A stretch of 63,924 nucleotides of DNA, filler included, from Craspedostauros australis (GCA_030167865.1; 9 parts of 9 records of this genome joined end to end with filler, not necessarily neighbours in it); one strand, 5' to 3'. Positions 23,016-37,900 are shown, counted from the whole stretch's first letter. Notes: generated by a model not told the origin, from the sequence alone. A program made the numbers and translations.

Positions 23016-24205
23016 TCATACGAACCGACATCGGCAACACGGACATGGTATCGACTGCAGCTGCGCCAAGCTATCGTCATGCGTGTTCTGCTGGCTTCCC
23101 TCCCGCACTCGCCTGCCTTGCGACACGATCATGTAATCGACGATGCAATCCTCATGGAAGGCATGCGAGCATTGGCCGTTTTTAGAGAAGATCAGGTCGT
23201 CACCGATCTCGAAGGATTCCATGCAGATGACGCATTCGTGGGATACGATGCTTGGTGTCTTTGTTTGGGGTGTGTGCAATGTTCCCGTTCGAGTCTCTGC
23301 ATTGCTGTTCGATGGATGGCCATCACTCGGTGGATAAGAGAGAGGTTTGTTGCTCACGGCAGAGCTCAGGGGGTGCGTCGTCTGCATGTCATCGTCTGAG
23401 ACGTCGCTGCTGTTCTGCAGATGGGGGGCGAGGTCCTCAAAATTCAGTGTTGCACCATCTTTCGTCGCCTCATGAAATTCATCTTTGTGATTGGATCCCG
23501 CCGGGCCAACGCAGAGTGGGTTGGACTCGGAAAGTGTCTGCTCCCAAGATTAGGATGATTTCATATTGCATAGTGTTGTATTATGATACGGAATAGTGTG
23601 TGAGTGAGCATGAACGCAGAGATAGAGATGGAAACAGAGACGTTGGCGAGAGACGTGTGGATGAGCGCACCGACATTCGCAAGTAACCGATCACAAGCAC
23701 TCCAGACGAGAGTGCTCATTATGGGCACGATCTTTCGCATCTTTCATTGCCAGTTCTCACCATCCTCATGTGTTGACACCGGAAGAGTCCCAAGATCACC
23801 TGTCTGAGCTCCTGATCGATGAGTTCCTCGCGCTCCGTTCGCAGCTCCTGCTGAATGCGCCTGTGCTCCCTGCGGTCCATGGTGCGCTGCTCTCGAGCAT
23901 TGCGGTCGCGAAGATGCCGGCCTCTGCCATTGGATTCAATACGACTCAAGAAGTCCTCGCGTCGACGCCGTCGTCTCCTGCGGCGCCTCCTCTGGTGACG
24001 CTGCGCATCCGTCTGATCTGCGCGGGATCTCCGCTTGGATGTCGCAGCATCGAACCAGTCGAGGAACATCACGGCGTGCGGAGTGGAGTATGACTATGCA
24101 GAGCTGCAAGAGTCGTTGAATATCAACACAGACAAGTGAGTGTTGATGCAGATGTAGCTGGAGATGTGGACATGGATGAAGCTGAAGATGTGGATCAATG
24201 ATCAC
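23016..24205 (-). CDS. RING-H2 zinc-finger protein (putative E3 ligase); intron 23760-23538, 5' end uncertain
   Basis: C-terminal CVIC..CSHAFHEDCI..CPCC. The GTGAGA..CAG intron joins HMRM to TLSESNP in frame. Confidence 0.75.
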
Positions 24206-25765
24206 ATGAGATGGTGTGGAGGTGACCTTGTCTCTCTATCGCTCTCCTCCTCTGCTTGTCTCCTCCATGTGCTATGATGTGATTGGTGTTGTGTTCCAGT
24301 ATGTTGGATTTCATGGGTCTGGTTCTGCGATGTGGAGAGGTCGCCAAAACAGTGGTCACGCCAGTTCAGTCCTGTGAAGCCGATTGGGTCACGATCAAGG
24401 CAAAGCGACACAGAGCATCTGTTAGTGACGACATCATGACGTCACATAATGACGCATGGCAGGCGCGACTACAACACAAACGAAGCGAACAATCACAAAG
24501 CATCATGCCAAGGAAATGATCACATCTTCCGCAACCCCAACCAGCACAGTCGCTCAATGACATGTGCACTTGCGGCGCAGTCGCCGCTCCTGGGGAGACA
24601 CCCGCGACGAATCGCTCTGGCGGTGGATCACAGGCCTTTCCCTCCTCCCTCTTGGAGTGTGCGAGTGGTTTGCGGATGCCAACTCACCTCGATGGTTGGG
24701 ACACAGCGCGTCTCTGCGTGCTCCACGGGCTGCGTTTCGCCTGAATTCGTTCCCATTTGCCGGTCCTTTCCCTGGTATCAAAACACGGCAAGCGGACTAT
24801 TTGCATGTGTTCAACATCACCAGTTTGCATCGAGCCGAAGACAAATGGCGCATTCCGGGTGCGAGTACGATCTATGACCGTGTTGGTCGTGCCTCAAGGG
24901 ATGCTCCCTCCCCGCTTGGACACGATGTGTCTCTTCCCCTCCTGTTTGGGATGGAGGAAAACCGAAAGTTAGATACCGATCATGTGGAAACAGCATGGTC
25001 TGCACTGCTGGTACACGAACTCTTTCGCTGATCGACTCAGCGCAGATCTTGCTTGCACCACGACTGCACAGATTTGCAAAGACCCGCCAGCATGATGTGT
25101 TTTGTTCCTCGGCCGGGTCTCTCCCACCCAGTCGCCCTCTTTCGCTTGGATTAGAGGGGTTCGAGTGGCTATTTTTTGGCATGGCCGGCGACCCCAGCCA
25201 ATCAAATGGCTTAGACTTTATCACTGCCACGAGCAAGCCATCCCATTGAAGGGTGAATTGAGGGGAGTTTGGGTGATTTTTCCCGAGCTTTGTTGCGCTT
25301 GGGGTTCTCATTTGGAACCGTGTGACGCAGACGATCTGTTCCCTGTCCGATCGATTCTCGTTGTGAGCGCTGACAGAGGTGGTGGGATTGCGTGGTCGGT
25401 TTCGCACGAGGGATTGTGGAACTTTCACACTTTCTCAGAAATCACGTATTGAGCAAATAAACTGCAATTTTTACGTGCAGTATCTCCGTTTAAGTATCTC
25501 GAGGCGACAAACTCCATTGTCGTAACAGAACGACAATTCCGGCCGATACGTTCATGATATCGTTGCGATGGTACTATCTTATGCTCAGTATTGTTGTCGT
25601 TTATTACTAGTATTACCGCAATAGTACCAAGACATACGCAAAATTGACAAAATTGTTTTCTACAANNNNNNNNNNNNNNNNNNNNNNNNNNNNNNNNNNN
25701 NNNNNNNNNTTAATTAATTAANNNNNNNNNNNNNNNNNNNNNNNNNNNNNNNNNNNNNNNNNNNN

Positions 25766-27043
25766 GGACGAGACGGATATGCTCGCACCGTCGTTGCCAT
25801 CATCCGTTTGTGACCCGCGGTCGTGGGTTAGTTCGTTGGATGAGTTCCCGTGTGTGTCGTGGCTGCCTTGTCTCTCCATGCTCATACTCATGCTCATACT
25901 CATGCCCATATCTGTTGGTGGTAAGAGTATGGACAAGGATGGGATCACCGAGATCAGTGCCCTGAGAGAGGATGATACTCGGGAAGTCTCGTCGCCGCTT
26001 TGATGCTGCTGCTGTCTATGGCTGGTGCTATTGTCACAAGACATGTTCGATGAGGCCTTGTTCATCGTCACATTCGAAGGATTGGTGCTGATGCTTGGTC
26101 GTTGCCGAGGCCTCTCATCGGACGCAAATGCCTGCCTCACACAGACACGCATGCGCTCCAACTCCTCCTTGGATCCGTTGTGGAGCTGTCTGGAGAAGTC
26201 ATTGAGTGCCTGCACAATTGCGGAGAACGGATCGCTGCCGCCGGTGCACTCATCGTACTTTCCCCGCAAGACGTAGCAGCACGAGCAGCATGTGAGGTCA
26301 TGTCTTGGAGGCCGCCCTGCCCCTTCCGTCTCATCTCCGCTGCCTTCTTCAACTCCCGCATGGTGGTTGCAAGTGCAAGACTCTTGCAAGAATTGGTCGA
26401 CAAGTCGCGACTTTCCCGTTCCGCTGACTCCCCAGACCAGCACTGCCGGGAGCAGCTTGTCTCTCTCGAGGTCCGTTCCCAGCGATGATGCTGTTGTCGA
26501 AGGCATCGTCGCAGTATCCATTTCCTTCGTACTCGTGCCACGACTCTGGTTGGAACCGGAGAAGGGCGTCGTCTTGTTCTCATCATCGTCATCATCGTCG
26601 TCGTCGGATTGTTGCTTTCTGTGGAAGGTTGCTCCATGGATGACGCATTCTCGGATTTGATGCAGCTTCTTGAGCTCTTTTTGTCTGCCAAAGAAGAGAT
26701 TTGACGAAGACGAAGGCGCTCCTGCCGCTGGAGACGGGCTCCCATCGTCATCATCGCCGCTGACAGTACCGTGCTGGCCATCAACGTGACCACCACCCAT
26801 GGCATCCTCCGTGCAACCGCCAAGCCTTCCCACGTGAGTAGAAAGGCCAGGAACCGATCCCGCAATCATGGTGGTTGGCAGCTCCGCAGCGTTCTGCTCC
26901 TCCTCCGTGTACCCATCATCGTAGAACTCGCGGCCTGACGAGAAGTTCGGTTTGTGAGGATGCTGACGATGGCGATTGCAGTGCTGTTGGTTCTCATGTC
27001 CATCCATCTTAGATGGTTCGTTCTGTTGAAGGACGTCCGTCAT
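25766..27043 (-). CDS. AAA_16/STAND-type P-loop ATPase, N-terminal part truncated at an assembly gap
   Basis: FFGRQKELKKL, Walker A GVSGTGKS, GKYD..PFSAIVQAL; the ORF runs into Ns. Confidence 0.8.
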
Positions 27044-27889
27044 GGTGCTGTTAGCTCGTGCGCTCCTGGAATATGGTCAAAGGCGCCAATGATGCTGATG
27101 GAGCTAATTGTGTTGGTTCCGCTGTTAATACCTATGCTGCTGCCGCCTGTTTGTGGAGCCACTCGCTGTGCTGTTTGGTGGCTGCTGTCTCGTGGTCACA
27201 AGTGACTGCCATGGAGTACGATCGACTCGCCGCTTCGCCGGTCGTCGTTCTGGTCATCCTTCTTCGCTCTCCTGATGTCTTGTGGATGCATGAACGTGGT
27301 CACCCCAAACCGGAGGGTACAGCACGAGCTATTGTACCCTATTGTGGCATTACTCGTGGGGCGCCAATTTGCACTAGAGTGCACTGGTGCATTACACCCC
27401 TCTCTTGGTCCTCTGTGCCAAGACCAGAGTCTCCCTCCACCGAATTCGGGACGCGCCAAACGAGAATTCTGTGTGATGCGAGCTACCATCCGAACTGGTT
27501 CGTACAGTCACCACAAGCGTACTACTATGGAAGCCTGCTTTCTGTAGCACGGAAAGGAGGAAGACCATGCATGGCCCCAGTCGCCCATAGCCAAGGCGAG
27601 GCGCGGATTTTGTGGCAGAACCTTTCCCGCACAAGAAGAAGGCAATCGGCCAATTCCAATCGCGCCTCCCTGGAAGTTGTCGCACCTGCACTTTTTATCT
27701 GTGGTCGTTACCTCTTTGCCCTGTTCTTGTTTCTCTTTTGTTAGGAAGCAGCGGTAAATATATTTCACATAAATGTTTCGCAACAGCTGACGATCGCAAT
27801 TGATGTTGCTTGTCTACTGGTGTGGAAACACGACGCACCCACCCACCCACACATGTTGGAAATCCAGGGTAGCCCAGTCTCTAGTAGTA

Positions 27890-28620
27890 GTAGTCTCTAA
27901 ATACCTATTCCTGTTGTTGCATTGTTGGAACTGTGAGTACAACATCTCCATTTCTTTCAACTCCATTTGTCATAACATACATAATCCACAGTAGTACACA
28001 GTCTTGCCCTTGCTCATGCAGTGCGGTCTCCTGCTTCATCATGTCATGCATCATGAAATTCATGTATATCTCATCTTGGAGTATCAATGAATCTCATCAC
28101 TCATCTCAGATGGTCCATCTCCTGCTCTCTGCATGCATCTCATCATTCGTTTCAGTAGTTTCATTTCGCTCTACGTTCGTGCAGTACATTCCACAGTCAT
28201 GCATGTTGCTTGTCACAGGTTTCATATTCATCAAACACACATCATCGTTGATTCCTCAGTCTTTTGTGCATGGGTTGATTGTCTCGCATCACCTTGCCTG
28301 GCCATTGTGTCATTTGCTGTTCTACAATTGATCGGCTTGGTTTCTCTTTCTGAGGTTTTCGTATTGGCAGTACAAGCATACAATTGACATTGTCCATCAG
28401 GAGCATGTGTTGCATCCCTATATGTTGGTTTCTGTTTCTCCAGATGGGATACAACCCCTACCCACTGACCCTGCACCCCTTCTGGTCAGACCTCACTGAC
28501 TACGTGGATGTGTTGTCAGTTTGGGTTGGGACACACTGTATTGCATTGTCATGGTTCTCATGCCAGAGGAGGACAGCCTGTCTTTCTTGGCACGATTGAG
28601 AGCAGTCACGTTTGAGTTGG
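27890..28620 (-). mobile_element. Highly decayed LINE reverse-transcriptase remnant
   Basis: Fragments HLEKQKP, PGK..KRL and HEQGQDCVLLW resemble the LEK, RPG and GxGQG..W motifs of diatom LINE RT in the right order; strongly CpG-depleted. Confidence 0.45.
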
Positions 28621-29005
28621 GTCAAGGGTGTGATCAACAAGAGTCGATTTTATTCAGTCGTGATTGATACCTTGCGGGAGGCGCGGCAATTATGAATACA
28701 TTGGAAGAGTTGCACCCTTTATTCCTGACAACACAAGACATGCAAAAAACGCCACATTTTCTGAACAACAAGAAAGGACACTCTTGAACGTTTGCACTTC
28801 TCATCTTTCATTTCGCGAGAGACCAAGCGACAGCTGAGCCCGTACCTTGCTGTACGTACAAGTGTTCGTGCCCGCACTATGCAAATACTAGTAGTATACG
28901 AGCTAAGCTATTATACAATCTATCATGCCCACTGCATTATGCTCCTATTGCCGCTGCTGCTGGTGTTGCTTTTTGACGGTGAGTACGAGTTATGCGAACG
29001 CGCGT

Positions 29006-32000
29006 TCATTGCTCGATGTCCGATACGGTGCCCGTGTAATCTACACGAGAGATGTGTGGCGAATGCGATTGGCTTGGATGTTGCGGCTGCTGCTGTTCTT
29101 GTTGTTGCTCCATCGTTGGCGAGGGCGCACGGACTTCATTGCCAGGATCCGTAGGTGATACCGTGGACGAGGATGTGTTCGTTCCGGGCTGGGAGGAGCA
29201 CTTCTCCACATCCAACACTGGTGCCTTTTCTTGGTGCTTTGCGTTTGATGCGTCCGTCATCACGCTGAGTCGGTCGACATGGTGCTGCGACAACTGGGAA
29301 CCGTACGTGTGCGACAGAGCCGAAACGTTGGTGGAGTTCCGATGCCGGCCCGTCCCGCCAGCGTTCATGCCGGTCACGTGGATCTGACCTCCCCCGACGC
29401 TGGCCCGCAGAGTGGACGATCCCTCGTCATTCCAGTAGTATGCGATGAACTTGGGCAGCATGACCAACAGCAATGTCGAACCGGCAATCACCGAGATCAT
29501 CGAAACGAATCCCAGGTACTGCCCGTTCGTTGACTGGCCCTCGAGGACCACGAAGACGGGGACGGACACCAGGATGACCTCGAGCTGCACGAAGATGAGG
29601 ACGAAGATCCAGTACGCCTCCGAGTAAGCGTTGTCAACGTCCTTGGTCTTCCATGACATGATTCCGGTCAGAAAGACTGGGATGAGCATAACGATCATCA
29701 GCGGGATGCCGAATCGTTCCGCGTGAGCGCAGTCGCAACCGCCGATGGACTCTCCTGTGGCTTGATCCAGCACGGTCCGTTGCCATTGCAATGGATCGAC
29801 GATGGTCCAGGCGGTTAAGATCGCGAGCGCGGTGAACATGAGCAAGGCGACAGGCCAGGCGACGTGCCGCACATCCATCTTCCGCCTCGTGAATGACAGC
29901 ACCCGGTTGACCCTCCACAGCTTGGCGAACATGGCCCCGTACATGGTGATGAATCCCGTGGATAGCAACCATGGCATCAAGGTGCACATCGTGCTCAACG
30001 AACCTGTGCCCCAACCGAAGGATTCATCGAAGGAAATGGAAAGGATCCCAGAAGCGACGATCGCAGATCCCAGGAACAGCAGGTAAAGGAAGAGGGGTTG
30101 GGATGCTCTCAGCACCCGGTCCTTCTGGTGCATGTACACCCACACCGCGCAGAACACTGCGGATGCCATGATGGTGGACATGACAACAAAACCGAGTATT
30201 TGAATGGCTGCAGAATGAAGGATTTGTAATTTTGCGCGGGGTAGTGGTGCGCGAGGACAGTATCAAACAAGATCACATCCGTGTAGAGCAGAGTCGAGTG
30301 AAATTGGTAGAGCCCAGGTAGGCACACGAATAAAAGGTCCAACCGACACATCGCACACAGCACAATGCGCAAAACCGAAGAGGAGATACCAGAACGTGGA
30401 ATGGTGCGGTATGGTGCAGGTCGTGAGTTGATGGAGTATAGAGGTACTTGCACTCGTAAATGGGAGGATCAGTAATCCAACCAACCAACCAGCCAATCGA
30501 GCGATGAAGTCATGGGTACGTAGCAACATGTATGGTACCACATGTCAACGAGCAATAGAATGGACAACGATGGACGTGCGTACCTGGTTCGAGATAATTC
30601 TGTTCTGGTGTGGTGCGAAGCAGCTTGGGCCCGCTGGTTGTGCCGTCGGCGTAGATGATTTGGTCCAACTCAACCCATGTCATGGGCATCGTTTCCGTCT
30701 CCGGATAAAAGATGTGAGAGAGGATGTAATCCAACGGAGCATCCGGGCCTGATCCGGAGTCTTCCGAGGAATCCTCGCTGGAGCTGGTGTAGTTTCCCCC
30801 CCTGTTGGAATAACCGTCGTCATCGTAGTAGTCAGACAGGATTTTTCCGGGTGGCAGATTGTTGATGACAAACCACGCGAAGTTGGATTGATCGCGCGCG
30901 TAGTTGCGAATCTCCTGCTTTCTGCGCACGGCCTTGGATTCCGCAATGAGACCATCCTCGTCCACCGTCATCTCCACCTTCTCGTCGTCGTTCTTCGTTT
31001 TATTGTTTGTGGTATCTCCGGTTTCGGGTTTTTGGAACTGGACGTGACCGGAGGCACCGAAGAATTCAAGCCTCCGGATCATGTTGTTGTGCTTCTGGCC
31101 GGTGATCTTGAAGGCCCCTTCTGGTGCTTGCAACGGCGTGAAGAAGTCTTGCGACAAGGCGGCCTTGTAGTCATCGAGCGTTGGGAGTTCCGAAATGTAG
31201 GTGCTGTTGTTGGCGAGATGGTCAAGGTAGTAAGGGACGAACTCCTCGCGGCGCGCCTCGTACTGCTTGCAGCCATCAAGCTTGTCGTAGTAGGCGAGGC
31301 AGCCCCCGATACCAATGGACATGATCGCATCGAAGAGCAAGTCCGAACCTGCCTCTGGTACATTGTTGAGGAAGTAGTCATCCTCGCCTCGGAAATAGCC
31401 AGGTTGTGATGGATCTTGAATGGGGGACAAGGCATCAACCCTGTCGAGGAGCTCGCGGGCCTTCACTGCATCCCAAGCCATCGATGCCCAAGCCTTTCGA
31501 AAACCGTTGTGTTCTAAGATGAGGGGGAAGAACCACACGGATCCCGCCAGCAACTGGGCGATGTTTTCATCGTCTGTGTAGATGTACTCGGGATCGAACT
31601 TGCCCCAGAAGATCCAGAGATAGTCCGTGTCGCCTTTGGCCACAGCGTCGCGATTGTTCATGCCGAGGTCCTGCGCAGCGTCCGCCAGCTGCTTCATCTC
31701 GCCAGAAGATGGATTATCCATGGCGACGATGATGGTGCGGTAGCCGCTCTCCCTGACTTGTTGCATGGCGTTTCTGATCTCCCGAGTCTTGACACCAATG
31801 TCGTAGCCAAATGAATTCCAGGAGACCTTGGTGCGTTTCTGTCTGTTTGACGCACGTCCTTCTTTCGGGATTTTCGTGACCTTTTCCGTTTGAACCGGTG
31901 GCAAGCCATCCTGATCGAGGGCCAATCCTAGGGCCTCCCTGCGCTGGATGCCAAGTTCCGACAGGCTGTGGATGAGGCTGACGAAGTCGGTGCGGTTGAA

Positions 32001-32690
32001 GTTCCTGAGGAATGACGTGACGACGTCCATGGATGCGAAGAGGTCGGGGAAGAGGGACGTGGTGTAAGGTCCATCATCGACGGAGGCGACCTTGGTATTG
32101 TAAGCCCGGCTGACGACGTGCGGGAACTGCGCTGCCGTTGCCAGCGTCTGCAGCTCGAGTGCGGGATCGTCGTGGTAGGGACCTGCGATGGCGCATGGCG
32201 GCCGTCCCGCGTTGAAGAGCCCCTGCGAGGCGAGGTGACCGACCGTTCCAGAGTCAAGGAAGGATTTCTCATCGAAGCCCAGCTGGATGGGGCAATCATG
32301 CATGAGCGCGAGGTCGGGCACCAGAGCGGTAGACTTGGAGTTGAATTCCTCCAGGGCCATCACGGCCGCGATGAGCTGGTTGTATCCTGGGTTGTCATGG
32401 CGGAGATCGTTGGAGAAGGGCAGGTTGGCGACCTTCTCGTTGGTTGTTGCGTCGACAGTGGTGAACGGCATGAAGCTGAACATCTCGCAGGTGAAGTTGT
32501 TGGCCGAGCTGATCTTGGATGGCGCGTTCTTCGTCGTGGATTGCTCTCTCTGGAGGGTAGCCGATGCCAGCCACTGTGGTGATGCGCTGATGCTTCCGGT
32601 CCTGACGGGAGCGCGAGCAAGGAGCAGGGACGTTGCCTGGAGGCACACGAGGACTATCGCCACTTTCCTTGCATGCTGGTAGGTCGTCAT
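29006..32690 (-). CDS. Class C (GABA-B-like) GPCR with periplasmic-binding ectodomain and 7TM; exons 32690-30584 and 30207-29006
   Basis: Signal peptide, PCAIAGP, GYRTII, FFGASGHVQF, then RASQPLFL, C..PW..GF..YGAMFAKLWR, WTIVDPLQW, PK. The GTACGC..GCAG intron joins in frame. Confidence 0.9.
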
Positions 32691-34392
32691 TCCNNNNNNN
32701 NNNNNNNNNNNNNNNNNNNNNNNNNNNNNNNNNNNNNTTAATTAATTAANNNNNNNNNNNNNNNNNNNNNNNNNNNNNNNNNNNNNNNNNNNNCTGGTCA
32801 TCGTGGACCTGAACGTGCCATCTGATCTTGTCTTCACCTCTGTGCTTGCAAACATGCATTTCCTCCCACATGTGAATCCAACAGTGCAAGGCATCATTTT
32901 ACAGCAGTATTGCTGTGTGCAACTTGTGCAATCTCATTGCATCATCATCATCATCTTGCATTGCACTCTTCATGCTCACAATTCTGACGTCAACAGATCA
33001 GAATTGGGCCAGCTTTCATTAACTTAATCANCTACTTGAGCACACACACACAATACCAACCATCTACATACTTCATTGTCGGATCTGATCAGTCTCTATT
33101 TGAAGTAAGTACCCTGTATTGTATTCTGTTCTATCAAAACGCGAACCAAGTTCTTGCTCCGAGGGGATCTCTCTTACTTTCCATCGACGCATGATCGTCC
33201 TCTGCTATCATATTCTTGTGCACTATGATATGACGGAATAGGTATTTTGATGTGTTGGGACAAATAACCATAGGTGAACGACAATGAACGTTTCGGGCAT
33301 TTAACTCGTCCTCGTCCAGTTCTTCACCCATTCCCTGAGGGCCGCATGGTGCAGCCACACACCCAGACAAGCCGACGAACAAACAACAATCGATTTTGCC
33401 ATGCCATGATTCGCAGCGATGTGCAATAGGTCCATCATGGACAGATTCGTCTGGCGATGTGTGGTATTCTATTGTATTATATAATAGAATATTATATAAG
33501 ATTAAAGCAAAATCGGGCTCCACAGTGAATCTTATTTTTATATAGTTTAAGAATATGTGAGTGATTTGGTCGAAAGCCCCGTATGTTGCCAGCACCCCAG
33601 GATGGACTGCAGGTCTCGTGGCTCAACTGGGTCTCATCATGACATTTGTGGCAAACAAGACCAACGCAAACCTTTTGCTGGCAGGACAGAGGCAAGAGTG
33701 CTTTGCCATTGCATCTTGGTTTCTCACTGGATCTGTTGAAAAGTATAATACTTTTCAGGTTGGAGCAACTCTTTGTATTCGTTGTAGGGGACGTGGCAGA
33801 ACAGCGACGTTGTTGTTCATGGTAGTGGCGGTACTGGTGGCTTGCGTGGCACATCACCCTTGCTGTACATACCATACACGTTGTCGTAGCGAACTGCTGT
33901 TGGCATTGCAACAGAGAAATTGCCACGAGCGCTGGCGTGAATGTGAGAACGGGCGTGGGTGGTAGTGTGCGTTTGAGAGAATGGATTCGAACTGTGTGGT
34001 GGCTCCGAACTGTTGTTGTGGGAACATCTGGGATTGGGAAATTCGATCTGCGCCGCTCACCTCTGTGCGAGTAGCAACACGATTTCGAACAGATCGTCGA
34101 GTTGAGTGGAGCATAGAGGGGAGTAGCTTTGAGTCCTCCTTTTTGGTGGCGGTCTCCACACACCAAGCCCCCTTTGGGTGAATGATTCGACGCGGATGAG
34201 TTTGCCGAACGTTGTGATGGACCTTCTTGTGCGAGCTGCGGAAGACGTGCACGCTCACGTGTCAGCGAGGATGGATACAAGGGTAGGTGTGTACGGCGGG
34301 GCGTGGTGGCTGCAATGCCAACCCGCTTGTTAAATGCTGGTCGGGACCATTTTCGCTTTTTCGATGACTTCGGTCAACCAAGCAATGACTGT

Positions 34393-34514
34393 ACCATGTT
34401 GAAGCAATGATTGGTTCCAAATAACACTTCACAACATCTGTAGCCGGACAAGCACCATGTTGAAGCAATGATTGATTCCAAATAACACTTCACAAATTCT
34501 GTAGCCGGACAAGC
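34393..34514. repeat. 61-bp tandem duplication
   Basis: ACCATGTTGAAGCAATGATT...GTAGCCGGACAAGC at 34393-34453 and 34454-34514, with about 3 mismatches. Confidence 0.9.
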
Positions 34515-34961
34515 GATTGATTCGAGTGTTTTGGCCCGCCCACTGGGGAACATGGACACAAGGTCACCCCAAACGATATCGCCACGTCATGCGTCGCATC
34601 ATTTGCGAAAACACATGAGCGATAGGAGGAAGCTGTTTGGGATCTGCGCGGCCCGATCCTTGCGGTGCAAGGTGCAAGGTGCAACAATGCAACGTATAGC
34701 CATGTAAGGAACGAGCACGAGTTGCATAGCTCGTACATACGAACAATGATGTCATCAGGCACCGGAGCGCAAACGAGAAACAGGTGTTGGACATCACCAA
34801 TCCTGCACCGAAACGCGAGCGTTCCAACTGCGCAAGTCGAAGCATCATGATCCGCCAAGTAGCTCTTCCTCACAAAAAATCACTGATCCTCCCGGGGAGC
34901 TAGTCAACACTAAGGTCGTATTCGTACCCACACCCACACCCACACGCACGGACTACTGACC

Positions 34962-37900
34962 ATGTCTCCAGCTCCAAGCAACAACGCCGGGTTGCCCCGC
35001 GATGGGCAGCTGGACAAATCGCTCAAGACCGTGTCACGCAGCGACGCCATCGACTACTCGGGTGATGATGGCAGCAACAGCAGCAGCAGCAGCAGCAGTG
35101 CCAGGGGTTTCCCAGCCACCTCGAGCACTGGTAACGGAACCACCATGTTCGGTGATCACGAAAGTCATCCTGAATTCAGCACCACCGCCGACAGCAACGA
35201 CGATGAAATGCAGGCCGTTCGCAATGTTGCACGAAAGGATACGTTCCAGGTCCGCTTGTGGCGTCTCGTGACAACAGCAGCATTGCTCGCAACTGGAGTC
35301 ACTGTCACTTGGGCGACATACCACGTGAGTGCAGTTCCGATCTGATGCAGTGAAGGGATGAGCAACAAGGCAAGGGAGGAGATGGCAGTGGGTCTGTCTC
35401 TACCAGCGAAGCATCCTTCACACATCCAATATTGGTTTGACGGCGAGTGTGCGACTATGGTGCTCACATATCAGCGTTGCCCATCCGAACACCCTCCATA
35501 TCTCTACCGCTCTGCTCATATCATCTGCACGGTACGATTTCATCTCACGTCTTGCCTCTCCCTTCTCGAACCATACCACTCGTACGAGCCTGTTGCGATT
35601 GCGATTTTCTTGCCCTGATCTTCCTTGCCTTCGTCCTTCTGCACATTTGGTTGCCTTTCTTGCTTCCGTCACCTCTCAATCAGTTCCTCGATCAACAACA
35701 AACAGACACCTTCGAGACAGCGGTAAGTGTGTCGTATCTGGCGGCAGCAAAAGAGGCCAACACTTGTATCGCAGAATACCTAGCGCACAGCACTGCATCA
35801 TCATAATGATACCGCTCCGTTCAATTGTCCTTCCCACTCGGCTCGGATGGTACTCAGTAGGGCTCTACGATACTCTATTGTGTACGGACACTTGCTCTTA
35901 GCACCCACGAGCTCATGGATCTCCTCCAACCTCTGCCTGGATAGCGCATCTCCTTCGCGTTCTAACACTCGTTCACTCTCCGTCTCTCACTACTCGGCCA
36001 AACACAATCTCCAATGCCCCATACAATTCACACCTCCATACGGCCACGTATCGATACATTCCATACATTCCATACAATCCATACACCAGTTTGAGCAATT
36101 CGCTAGAACTGTTGGAGATGCCGCTGTTGACCAACAGCTCAACCTCCGGCATGCCTACATTGGTCTTGCTAACCACGTGTCGAACTACGTCGTGAGCACA
36201 AACGCAAGTTGGCCGGACGTCACCATCCCGTTCTTCCGAACAACCGCAGAAACGGTCCTGGAGTACTCCGGCACAGAGATTGTGACTCTGCTTCACATGG
36301 TAAAAAACGAAACATACGATGCCTGGGTGGAGCATAGCATCAAGGACCATGGTGCCGTCGTGATGAATGCCAACCTCGAAGAGAATGGCAACCTCGACGA
36401 CTTCACCCCGGCAAACTTTCATCCCTACGTGGCCAAGGTCGACCGCTCTGCGGGCGGTTTCGTGCCGGATTACCCTGGACGAGAACGTAAGTACGTGCTC
36501 TGGGAGTATGCGCCGGCACCATTCGATTTCAGCTTCCTCAACTGGAATGTGATGTCCGCAGAATACCTCGGGACTCCCCTGGTGGGGCGCAGTCTGGTTG
36601 AGCTGAGAACTGAAACTCTGTTCCATTTTGCGGGCACATTCAACAGCTTCGCATTTAAGAAGGAAGAGCATGAAGCGATGCACGCCAGATTGCCCGGTTC
36701 CAAGGTCAGCCACCCGCACACCTTCGCCTATCACCCAGTGCACGAGGTCGCTTCGGATCCAGACTCCGAAATCGTCGGTATTTTGATTGGTGTAACAGCA
36801 TGGGACACTGCCTTGAACCAGCTGCTGCCCAATAACGTGCAGGGAATCACAGCCGTGATTTCCAACACCTGCAACCAAACGTTCACATACGAGATTCATG
36901 GAGAGTATGCCTACTTCCAGGGATACGGTAAGTGCGAACATCAAATCGCTGGTGTTTCAGCTGGTGTCTTTACACGTTGAAATCAATCTCTTCGGCCGGC
37001 TTCATTTGCGTATGCTTGATTCGCGTACCTGGTAGCCTGCTTTGCTCACCTCAATGTACTATCTACTTGCATCATGTGCTTGTGCGTACTATATCTGCTC
37101 AACTCCATCCATCCGTCCATTCGAAATGTAATCTCTCCCCATGCATTCATGCCGGTATCTACTCTCTGCTGACGACCTCACTAAATCGACCAAATCGAAC
37201 AAACTACTATTGTACCAGTCGACACACATGATACGAAGTACGACAAATACGAGAAGGTGCGCCTGCTCACAACGTCCGATCATCCGGACTTCGCCAAGAC
37301 GCCCGGGCATTGCATCTACACGATGCATATCTACCCATCCAGGCAATTCGAGGAGGCGTACGACACCTTCCTCCCCGAAATATTCGCGATCGTCATCTTC
37401 TGCGCATTCGTCGCGGTGATTGCGATCTTCTTCGTCTACGACATGTTTGTCAACCACCGCAACGAGAAGCTCATCGAGAATGCCGCGCGCTCCAATGTCA
37501 TCGTGTCAACGCTCTTCCCCAGTGCTATTCGAGACCGGCTCATTTCCGACAAGAATACGCACGGCGACACAGCGAACATACGCATCTCCAACCTCAAGAG
37601 CTTCTTGCATGGAGAGGCGGATGCAAACGCAGGAGCGGGGCAGCCGTTGGCCGACCTGTTCCTCGAGACGACGGTCCTATTTGCTGATATTTCCGGCTTT
37701 ACTGCGTGGAGTTCAGTTCGAGGTGAGTGTGGCAGCACATGGGAACAACAACCGTGACGAAGGGATTGTGGTCATTTTGTATGCAACACTTCAACTGAGG
37801 CGATCTATCCTTTCACTAACCTTCGCATTCATTCCATCATCATCATCACCACCATCGTCATCACCACCATCGTCATCATCATCATGCCCGTACACACAAA

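Noticed and set aside
25666..25765. TTAATTAATTAA palindrome flanked by Ns (also near 32740, 40140, 47025, 55195, 59430, 61155, 62730)
   Set aside because: Artificial contig linker with stops in all six frames; not biological.
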